This document shows positions 12,749-24,700 of a stretch of DNA of 64,000 nucleotides, piece after piece; position 1 is the stretch's first letter, and each line of letters begins with the position of its first letter. Where the stretch lies: contig CATNEN010000001.1 in assembly GCA_950097015.1 (NCBI GenBank), positions 20,460,001-20,524,000 of the forward strand, read 5' to 3'. The translations under genes and the position numbers were made by a program. The stretch is from Macrostomum hystrix (lineage: Eukaryota; Animalia; Platyhelminthes). The notes under the pieces are model-generated. The model saw nothing but the letters and a program-made list of their open reading frames with translations. It searched no databases and was not told the origin of the DNA.

Positions 12749-15700
12749 TTACACAAATGTAATTAACTCCTCATCGATTTTGCATTGCTGCCGAACACTG
12801 CCTGCTGCTGCTTCTGCTGCTTCGATTGGATCAACTGAAATCGATAAACAATAGTTATATTTATAAAAGTGCATCAATGTACAAAGTACTTTATAGCACA
12901 GTTCGAGTTAGTAGCAAGTAATAAGTATTGTATCGCAAGATGCTTGGGTGAAGTCAGGCATATGAAGGAACAAAAAATTTCAAGACGTTACTTTTTAAAA
13001 CCCAACATATACTACTACTTCGGGTCAGTAAATATAAGTAGGATGTAACGCAAGTTAAATACATTTAATAACAACTATTAAACTATATATAAAGGGTTGA
13101 TTTTTAAATAGTTACTACCTACCAGCATTGCTATTATTGTTTGGTTGTTCACTATTCTATAGCCAAGTTGTGAAACCTGTATCGGGTGTGTAACAGAAGG
13201 CAACGCGAGAAATCCTTAAATATGCATTGAAACGCGTCATTGGAAACTAAGTTTTAAGTAAGTGTTCTAATAATACTCGCAGTTTGCTTTGCAGGTTTAA
13301 GAGATAGGCAGACACACACTAATACGGCAGGTAATGAACTGCCAAAATTAAATGTCGGACGTGGTTTAAAGAAGCTTTATAACTACGCAATGAGAGAAAA
13401 GGCAGTGGCATTGTTAAATATAAAAAACCTGATGAAACTTGTAATTACTTATCATATATTGCTTGAAAGGCAACAGGCGGTAAAAAAAGAAAGCGGAAGA
13501 AAGGGGAAGCGGAAATGGAGAAAGGGAAAAAAGACAACGGGAGGAAGGACCGTGGAAGAAAGAAATAGGGAAGAAAGAAATGGGGAGAAATAGGGGAAGA
13601 AAGAAATGGGAAGAAAGAAATGGGAAAGAAAGAAATGGGGAAGAAAGAAATGGGGAAGAAAGAAATGGGAAAGAAAGAAATGGGGAAGAAAGAAATGGGA
13701 AAGAAAGAAATGGGGAAGAAAGAAAGAAATGGGAAGTAACAACGGAAGAAAGAAATGGGAAGAAATAGGGGTAGAAAGAAATGGGGAAGAAAGAAATGGG
13801 AGGAAATAGGGGAAGAAAGAAATGGGAAGAAAGAAATGGGAATAAATAGGGGAAGAAAGAAATGGGGAAGAAAGAAATGGGAAAGAAAGAAATGGGGAAG
13901 AAAGAAATGGGGAAGAAAGAAATGGGAGGAAATAGGGGAAGAAAGAAATGGGAAGAAAGAAATGGGAAGAAAGAAATGGGAATAAATAGGGGAAGAAAGA
14001 AATGGGGAAGAAAGAAATGGGGAAGAAAGAAATGGGGAAGAAAGAAATGGGAAAGAAAGAAATGGGAAAGAAAGAAAGAAATGGGAAGTAACAGCGGAAG
14101 AAAGAAATGGGAAGAAATATGGGTAGAAAGAAATGGGGAAGAAAGAAATAGGGGAAGAAAGAATTGGGAAGAAATAGGGGAAGAAAGAAATGGGGAAGAA
14201 AGAATTGGGAAGAAAGAATTGGGGAAGAAAGAAATGGGAAGAAAGAAATGGAGAACAAAGAAATGGGGAAGAAAGAAAATGGACTGAAGGATCGAAAAAA
14301 ACATGTGGAAGAATGGAAATGGGAAGAGAACAGAGAGGGTATATATATAATTAGTAAGGTACACAAGCCAGAACGAACCAACGCAACCAAATGTTTAAAC
14401 AAGCAATTACACAAAAAATTTTTTCGACATAAACTTTTCAGACAGGTCTCATTGCTTAGTATTAAAATGTAATATCAGGTTTGTGAGAGTACATTATTTT
14501 TGTTAAGTAGTTATGGCACAACAGAAGGCGGCAATTTACCATGTGTTTAGGGAATGACGCATTGCTTATAATAATAGAATTATAAGTACATTGCAGCTGC
14601 CTTCATCCGAGAGATTCTAAAGTCGGGTGGGAATAAGGCGGAGAATGTACAGGACACACGATTCCAGGTTTGATTAACAATCAGCAAAGCTGGGTAGGTT
14701 AATAATTCTTTATAATACAATAGTAATAATAATTTGTTGAATCTGATATCATAGACAACATTGCACCAGTTAAGTTGATTTACTATATCCGCTATGCACA
14801 CAATCACAGTTGAATTTTAGCTATATAATTAACGAAATAGTAAATGCATGATCTAATAAAACTCCAGATGATGGGACACATTGTTGGCTATAATATAGGA
14901 CAGGTGGGGAACAGAACAGGTGGGGAATAGGACAGGTGGGGAAGAGGACAGGTGGGGAAGAGGACAGATGGGGAACAGGACAGGTGGGGAAGAGGACAGG
15001 TGGGGAACAGGACAGGTGGGGAACAGGACAGGTGGGGAACAGAACAGGTGGGGAAGAGGACAAGTGGGGAACAGGACAGGTGGGGAACAGAACAGGTGGG
15101 GAACAGGACAGGTGGGGAACAGGACAGGTGGGGAACAGGACAGGTGGGGAACAGGACAGGTGGGGAAGAGGACAGGTGGGGAAGAGGACAGGTGGGGAAG
15201 AGGACAGGTGGGGAATTAATATTTGGGGAAGAGGAGGGGTAGAGGATAGGGGAAGCCATGATAATTAAACTAAAGTTGGGTAACTTTAAAAGAATTACGA
15301 AAATAAAATCACAAATTAGTAATTGCGGAGACAAAATCGCGGAATCTAAATAGAAGCACACATGGAACTAAAAATAGCAGTTGTAATGACACAGCCGTAC
15401 TGATTATACATACACAAATAAATATGAATAATTCATAACTAACCGTTTAGACAGTTTTAACATATAGATTAGCAACGCTAAATGAAGCTAAGCGACTTAT
15501 TTACCTCGCCTAGCAACAGCCTGGTGATAGGGTGGCGGCGCCGATGGCCGACCCACGGTGGCCACTGTTGTCTCGCTTCGCGGCGGAGGCGGCGGCGGTG
15601 GCGACGCCACGGACCCGGATGCAGACGCAGGAGATCCCTGATGAAGCTGATGCTGACTGCTCATTCTTTGCTGCATCACCTGCGGATTGACAGAAATGAG

Positions 15701-18700
15701 GATATTAGAGGATGATTGACAGACTAACAGAATGCGTACAGGATGCTGTAGGGTAGTGTACAGGATGTCTTATGATACTGTACAGGATGTTGTATGATAC
15801 TGTACAGGATGTCTTATAATGCTGTACAGGATGTCTTAGTATACTGTACAGAATGCTGTAGGATCGTGTACAGAATGCTGTAGGATCGTGTACAGAATGC
15901 TGTAGGATCGTGTACAGAATGCTGTAGGATAGCGTACAGGATACAGACGAGTACAGATAATAAACAGCTTGGTTAGAAATCGACTAGCCTGTAGATAAGG
16001 CGGCGGCAGCGGTGGCCTGGAAGCCGGAGCGGCCACTGATGCGGTTGCCAAGGTAACCGGTGCCCCGGCAACGCCTGCAGCCGGAATGTGCTGATGCCTG
16101 GCCGGCTTCCTGCCGTCGCTAAGCGCCATCAGCTTGTTGAACTGAGCATCGCTGGCCGTGTTGAACTTGGTGCCAGCCGTGGAGGCCACATCCGGGCACT
16201 GGGAGATCGGACCTTCAGCTTCCGCCGACAGTCGCAGTCTGGCCACATAGTCCGCCAGCTTCTTCTCCGCGACGGAATCGTCGTGAAGCTTCTTGGCCAG
16301 GGCGGTCACCGCCGCCGATCGTCGCTTGCCGGAGCCGCCGCCGCCGCCGACGCCGACAGTCAAAGCCGAGCTGCTGCCCGCGCGCCGCAATGGAGGCGCC
16401 ATCGACGAGGAGCTGGCGTGTAGGGTAGCGCTGCCGCCTCCGCTGCCACGCCAGATATGACCTTCGTAGCTGGCCTGGGCGTACTGACAGAACCCGCGCA
16501 CCTGAACAATTTGTAACGCTAGAGAATTACAGATATGACATGGTATGGATGCCTTCAGGGGGGGGGCTATTTCTGAAGCATCGGCGGGGGATAGCGAATG
16601 TGTCCTGAAGGGTAGGCGTTTTTTGAAAGATAGGCAAAGGTTCCCTGAAGGGTAAGTGAAGGCTACCTGAAGGTAATTGGAGGTTCCCTGAAGGTTAAGT
16701 GGAGGTTACCTGAAGGTTAAAAGAAGGTTACTTGAAGGGTAAGTGGAGGTTACCTGAAGGGTAAGTAGAGGTTATCTGAAGGGTAAGTGGAGGTCACCTG
16801 AAGGGTAAGTGGAGGCACCTGAAGGGTAAGAGGAGGTTATCTGAAGGTTAGGCGGCTGTTTCCTGAAGGATGGGAGGGGGAAATGGTGCTTGTTGAAGAT
16901 GAAATCTAGGGCTTTTTAGTCTCCTGAATGAGGCACGCCTCAGAAGAAAACTCACCTCTCTGGCGAGCAGTCTCAGCTTCTCAAAATTAACCAATCCGTC
17001 CTGCATGCGTTCGTTGCACTCGCGAATAGCAGTCAAATCTTTGCAGAGAATGGGCAGATAGGGAATAGCCGGCGCCTGGAATTTATCAGACTTGAACAGC
17101 TGCCGATAGCTGGAGTGATTCATGCGAATGTCTGTCAGCTTCTCTAAGGATTTCCACACGTCCCTGTACTTCTTGGGCAATTTCTCCCAGGCCGGATTGA
17201 GCTGGGAGTTCTGAGTCTTGGCTAGGCCCAAGGTCAGGCTCATGAGGGTGTTGAGATTGTTGAGCTGTCGGCAGTGCTGTGCAACCTTCAGGAAGTGTTT
17301 CAACAGGCGCACCCGCCTGGAGCTGTTCTGTTCGGCTGTGAGCTCGCTCACTGGCCAATTGGATTCCTTCTCTGTCACAACCGACAGTTCGTTGATCTCC
17401 TTTGACGCCTTCTCCTTGCGGTGCCACCAGTCCACCAGGTGGGTTGGCAGGATGCGTTGAAATACGTTGAAATCTTCGGTGGTGATTCGCATGGCAACTT
17501 CTTGCGGATCCAACTGAGCAGGGTTTGAGAAGGGAGGGATGAGCATTTTACATATTTTGAAGCTTAGCACTTAAGAAATATATTAGAAAGTGAATTCTAA
17601 TATTCTTTCGGCCGATACCCACTACCATTGGCCGAGGCCTACTACCAATTGGTCGATACCAACTTTCATTTGGATGATATCAACTATCATTCGGCGTATA
17701 CCAGCAATCATACGAGCGTATGGACGATTACCAAATAAAAACGAATGAATTCAGCTTTGAGATCAGCCTAGTTTGGTATTTTATTCGCGGAAAAGTGGCA
17801 ATAATAAGACGAATCACCCGAACAAAAGTAGAGATAAATGAGAGAAATTAGAGATTTAGAGAAATGACAATTTGCGAAAGGTGTAAATTTTCTGTTAGTA
17901 TCAAAAATGCTTTTCTGAAAAAGCAGAAAAAATACAACACTTGTTAGACACAGATCAAGCAGTATGACGAGACAAAGAAAAAGTTGATGCCGATGCAGAT
18001 TTGTCCTGCCACAAGAACAGTTGTGGCACGATTGTTAGTATAATGGCAAACCTGCAGAAAACTAATAATAGAAAACTTTTACGTGTGCGAAAGCGAGAAA
18101 TCTACTTCACTTTTAAAAGAAGACTTCTTAGAAGTATTCTGGCAACTAAAAGTTCCTTTAAGTGGAAAATGAGCTTTTCAACAGTTAAAAAGCGTCGCAA
18201 TGTGCTTGGGATTTCCGAAAAGTTTTACATCCTTCATTTTAGAGTGAGCACATAGCAAGACCAAGATGGTTAGTCTCACGTGTCTCAGACAGCGCGAGAA
18301 TCACTAACATTAGACCCTCTCTAAATCAAAAACGTCAAATTTCTTTTTTACTTTACTTGTTTTACTATAAAGAGACAAAGTTTTAAGGCGAAGAATTTCG
18401 TGATAAAAATGTATAGAAAATGTGTTGGGAATTCAGGAGAGGACTATTGGCAGAAAGCGTTTTAGAAATGCCTTAACAACGAAGCTATCTTTTGTATTTA
18501 GTCTTAAGGAAAGAATGTAGAATCGAGACAGAGCTTCTTAAGAATGCTGGCAAGAAGTTTCCAGCACAGAACTTCTGTTTCCAGACAACAGAACAATAGA
18601 ATACTTTTTCTCAAATAATAACCTTAATATTTTTTGAAGGCATAAAATGTGGAACAAAAAAGCAAAACGACTATCCAGAAATAGTAAGAACACTGCAAGC

Positions 18701-21700
18701 AACAAAAAACAAGACTGTCTACTCCAGTTATTTCTTTTTAAGACCCATCCTGTAGCAAATAAGGTTTGCTTAAAGTCAGATATTTTTCCAAAACTGCATC
18801 TGAGACATAACTACTTTGGAGAAATGATTAAATTTGCAGCAATTAAAGCACTGATTTTCATGATAGTGTGTCTAAGCACACTGTACTCAAGAATCCATGG
18901 AGTCGAGTACAGCGCGGGAAGCTCATACAAATTTATCAAAAGCAAGTGCCTGAATGAGTCTATGTCCGTGTGGCGCAAGTCAGAAGTCTCCGAATCCCTC
19001 GTCAACTGTTTCGTCTCGAGTCGCGAGTTCCGTCTTAATAGCGTCGCCGTTGTGCAGCGGAACAGACAAGACTCCTCGTGCACGATGTTCCGTTTCAGTC
19101 AGGTGTGCAATCTGCTCAGACTCTTGCAAGGCTCCAGCTCCACGGTGACGACTGCTGGACTGCGAAATCAGGACTGCGAGATCCTTGTGGACTCCGAATA
19201 TGACGCAATTACTGCAAACCAGCACTTCAGCGCTGTGTGGGTTGGAGACAGGGGACCGGCTCTGGAGAATGTGGTGTGCGGCTCCGGTGGTCGAAGGAAT
19301 CCCATGAGATCCAGCGGAGTGATGTGGACAAGCGAAGGCGCTGTGATGGACGGTGTGAAGTCTCGACTGTGGGTGGACGACCCTGTTGGACTTGACTTTG
19401 CAAGTTCTTATACGTGGGTGCTGCATCTGAAGCGTACTCCTGGCAAAAGCTGCTTTATTGAGTTGGCAGCCTGCTCAAACATGAACTCATACAGTGATCA
19501 TTTTTTTGAGTCGTCGATTATGGAAGGAATAAACTGCTCTCTTTACTTGAATCCAGGAGTTCCATCGAGGTACCAAACAAAATCAGTCCTGCCAGTTGAT
19601 CCGGACCAGTTCATTGTTGCTGGGATTGTGTTTGACCGAGTCTCTGCTGGATTACGCTTCTTCGTTAACACTGAATTTGTTCAGGACGGCCAAGTAATGA
19701 GTCTAGGACAGAACAGCGTATTTTCGCAACTGAACAGATGCGTAAAAATAGGATGGCGCAATCCGTCAGCCTACCTACTGAGAGGAGTGATCAGAGCTGT
19801 AGCCGTATCCAATTCAGCAGTGTCTGGCGATGCGATTCGCAACTTGTTTGCCGGCGTCAGCTTAAAACCTTAGTCAACTTAGAACGGATTTTTCTAAGTA
19901 AATGAGTCACTAAGAAATGACAGAATAATCTCGTTTTTCCTTCAGTTTTTCATTTTGTTATAACTGTAGTCTCTCGGCAAAATATCCTGTCACCAATGCA
20001 TTATTCTGGAATCATATTTTGTTATAACTGTAGTCTCTCGGCACAATATCCTGTCACAAATGCATTATTCTGGAATCATATTTTGTTATAACTGTAGTCT
20101 CTCGGCACAATATCCTGTCACCAATGCATTATTCTGGAATCATATTTTGTTATAAATGTAGTCTCTCGGCACAATATCCTGTCACCAAAGCATTATTCTG
20201 GAATCATATTTTGTTATAAATGTAGTCTCTCGGCACAATATCCTGTCACCAATGCATTATTCTGGAATCATATTTTGTTATAAATGTAGTCTCTCGGCGC
20301 AATATTCTGTCACCAAAGCATTATTCTGGAATCATATTTTGTTATAAATGTAGTCTCTCGGCGCAATATCCTGTCACCAAAGCATTATTCTGGAATCATA
20401 TTTTGTTATAAATGTAGTCTCTCGGCGCAATATCCTGTCACTAAAGCATTATTCTGGAATCATATTTTGTTATATAACCGTAGTCTCTCGGCACAATATC
20501 CTGTCACCAATGCATTATTCTGGAATCATATTTTGTTATATAACCGTAGTCTCTCGGCACAATATCCTGTCGCCAAAGCATTATTCTGGAATCATATTTT
20601 GTTATAAATGTAGTCTCTCGGCGGAATATCCTGTTACTAAAGCATTATTCTGGAATCATATTTTGTTATATAACCGTAGTCTCTCGGCACAATATCCTGT
20701 CACCAATGCATTATTCTGGAATCATATTTTGTTATATAACCGTAGTCTCTCGGCACAATATCCTGTCACCAAAGCATTATTCTGGAACCATATTTTGTTA
20801 TAATGTATTCTCTCGGAACAATATCCTGTCACTATTGAAATATTCTGGAATCATATTTTGCTGTAACTGCAGTCTCTCTGCAAAATATCCAGGGCCAATG
20901 TATTATTTTAAAAGAAATCAACGGACGAATGTAGAATGTATTTTTTCTTAAACGATCCTTTTAACAGTTGGTAAAGACATAAGGCGTTACAGAAGCTTTG
21001 GAAATGAAATCGTCAATAACTATTTCACAACATCTGAAGTGGAAACACTTTGTAAGTCGAGTTAAACTGACAATTGAAGGCAGGAAAAACTTTTTAAATG
21101 CCATCTATACAAAATGAAAAGCAGAAAGTGAAAATAATAAGACGAACAGTCAAGCACAAGTTTAACTGTCTGTCTAACCTGAAAAGTAGTACAACCTGAA
21201 TACGCAGTGTTTAATATCCAGTGTACAAGATGGTCAAGAAAATAGATACTGATCAAGTAGTATAACCTGAATATAAAAAAATGATGCTGATTCTCTTAAT
21301 TTTCTTTGTCTCAGCACGATCTACTCGAACAGTACGATTTGAGTTCAACCCCGAAAGCTCACAAATTCTATCAAAAGTAAGTGCCCGAATGAGTCGATGT
21401 CCATATCAAAGCGAAATTGAGTAAATCAGATCTTTGGCAAAGTACGAGTATGTTAAAAAAAGAATGTTAGTATAACCTAATTAATTGGACACAAAGAGTT
21501 ATTAACATTTTTTGTCTTGATATATTATTTTCTTTAAATAGACGGCTGCAGAGAAAATGAATATAAAAAATGTAATGACGACTATTTGCCAAGCTTTCAG
21601 TTTTAGACTTGAAACATTGGACTTGTTGTCAGAAATACAATAACAAGTGACAGGCAACAGAGGGGACAAGCTTTACAGGTTGGCACAATTGTTTGCATTA

Positions 21701-24700
21701 TGACAAACCTGTAGAAAACTACCTTGTGTATAAAAGAAAACTTTTCTACGAGAAAAATTGAGAAATCTACTGCACTTTTGTTAACTAGACTTGTTAAAAG
21801 TATTTTAGCAATTAGCAATTAAAAGTTCCTTTAAAGGAAATAGTTTGTTTATACTGAAGCGAACTCCTGACAAGATCTGCTTTATTGAGTTGTCAGACTG
21901 TTCTTCACGAAATGTATTTAAAGACCACTTTTATGAGACAACAAAAGTAGAAGGCATAAACCGCACATTTAACTTTAATCCCGGAGTCCCGAAAAGGTAC
22001 CAGACAGAACCAGTCCTGCCCGCTGATCCAGAACAATTCGTCATTGTCGGCATCGTGTTCGACCGAGTCTCTGAGAGTTGCGTTTCACCATCAACAACTA
22101 TATTGCTCCTGACCACATGGTTACTACGATTGATAAAAATGGCATATAACTGCCAAATAACTGCTTAAAAATCGGATGGCACGATCCGCCAGCCTACCTA
22201 CTGAAAGGAGTGATCAGAGCTGTAGCCGTATACAATTCAGCATTGTCTGGCGATGCGATTCGCAACTTGTTTGCCGGCGTCAGCTTAAAACATTAGTGAA
22301 TTCACAGGAGAAGAAAACTTAACATCGAGTTAATCACAACTTGCAAACATCTTTACGAACCCACTCGCTTGACACAATATCCGGCTACCATTGCACTCTT
22401 CTAGAATCATATTTTGTTATAAATGTAATCTCTCGACGCAATATCCTGTCACCAATGCATTATTCTGGAATCATATTTTCTTATAACTGTAGTCTCTCGG
22501 CACAATATCCTGTCACCAATGCATTCTTCTGGAATCATATTTTGTTATAAATGTAGTCTCTCGGCACAATATCCTGTCACCAATGCATTCTTCTGGAATC
22601 ATATTTTGTTATAAATGTAGTCTCTCGGCACAATATCCTGTCACCAAAGCATTATTCTGGAATCATATTTTCTTATAACTGTAGTCTCTCGGCACAATAT
22701 CTTGTCACCAATGCATTCTTCTGGAATCATAGTTTGTTATAAATGTAGTCTCTCGGCACAATATCCTGTCACCAATGCATTATTCTGGAATCATAGTTTG
22801 TTATTGTCATGCCGTAGTCTAATAGCACTCACGTATCGCTTTGCCGGTCAATCTAATATGTACATATCACTAACTCTCGCTCACTATGTACATGCCCCCC
22901 ACGCGCACGTTGATCGTCGGTTGCACGTTGAGGCAAATATATAAATACTGTCTCGCCCTACTTGGAGGGCTCACCTTTTTCTTCGCACCTCACACAGCGT
23001 GACTCTTGAGCTATTACATTGGCGTCGCAAGGCCGAACCATGGCCTTCCTACAACTGCCTCCACCAGCCCACTTTAGCATCAGAGACGACCCTCACTCTG
23101 TAAGCAAGCGCTGGCAGGAGTGGTCGACCAACCTTCTGCGGTACCTGGCGGCAACCGGCATCAAAGATGAGACGCAGAAACGCCAGATCCTTCTGTATAC
23201 GGCAGGCAAAGAAGTGAGCGACCTGTACAACGAGATCGCCACCCAGTCGCGTCGACGGCCGAGCAGGGCGAGGTTCGCATCACCCAGGACCTCCGCGAGG
23301 TGAACAAGTACGTCATCCCAGAGAAGCAGCCTATACCCACATTCGAAGAGGTGACGGACGAGATGGCGGGCGCGACGTATTTCTCGGAGCTGGACGTCGC
23401 CAAAGCCTTCCACCAAATTGAAGTCGCCGAGGAGTCTAGAGACCTGCTAACGTTCTCCTCACCCATCGGGCTCCTGCGGCTGCGCCGGCTCTGCATGGGC
23501 TTCACATCCGCCTCCGAGATCCTCCAGCGGGTGATGACCTCCGTCCTGAGTGGCCTCCCCGGCGTCCGCTGGGTGCACGACGACATCCTGGTGTACGCGA
23601 AAAACATTGAAGAGCACAACCAGCGCCTGCGAGACTGCCTGGCCCGGTTGAAGGCTAGCAACATCACGTTGAACCCCAAGAAGTGCCGCTTCGCCCGGCC
23701 AGAGGTCGACTTTCTCGCCATGCGGCTCTCGTCTGTATACGGCAGGCAAAGAAGTGAGCGACCTGTACAACGATACAACGACCTCTCGCCAAAGACCTAT
23801 CCACAACGACCTCTACCACTCGCAAGCGGTCGGCCTTGCCCAAGTCCAGCCAGACGGATCGACGCGTCCGGTGGCATACGCGAGCCGCAGCCTCAGCCCG
23901 ACCGAGCAGCGCTACTCCCAGACGGAGCGAGAGGCCCTCGCGGTGAAGTACGGCGGCCTGAAGTTCTACCACTACCTCAGCGGGGGTGGCAGTTTCAAGG
24001 TCATCACCGACCACAAGCCGCTGATATCCCTGTTCAGCACGGGGTCTCGGCCGCCACCCCGCATTGAGCGCATGGCGCTGCGACTGCAAGACCTTGTCTT
24101 TCGGGTCGTGTACCAGCCCGGCGCCGGCAACCCGTCTGACGTCCTGAGCCGCCAGCCGCTGCCAATGCCACCAAACAACGTCGGCGAGCAGGCGGACGCG
24201 ATCTACGTGGCCACGGCAGTCCAAGCTGCCACTCCGGTGTCCATCAGCCTGGGCACAATCAAGGCGGCCTCCGAACGAGACGGCACGGTACAAGCAGCGC
24301 TACACGCCATCCGCGGCCACCAATGGGACAAGAGTGACACGTGCTTGCAGGGACTCCATGGCGTATCCCACGAACTATCCGAGCTGAACGGCCTGCTGCT
24401 GCGCGGCAGTCAGCTGTACATGCCGACGACTCTGCGATACCGGTGCATGCAGCTGGCCCACCAGGGACACCAGGGCGTCAAAAAAACGCTCGACCGCTTG
24501 CAAGCGAAGGTCTGGTGGCCAGGCATGCGAGCATCCGTGGAGGCGCACGTAGCAGCCTGCACCAGCGAGACCTCGCCGAAAGCCACGCCGCTAAAGCCGA
24601 CCGCTTGCAAGCGAAGGTCTGGTGGCCAGGCATGCGAGCATCCGTGGAGGCGCACGTAGCAGCCTGCACCAGCTGCCTGACCTGCACCAGCGAGACCTCG

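Noticed and set aside
18647-18823. N-terminal 59 codons of the 408-aa ORF
   Set aside because: AT-rich and upstream of a clear signal peptide, so ATG 18824 is the more plausible start.
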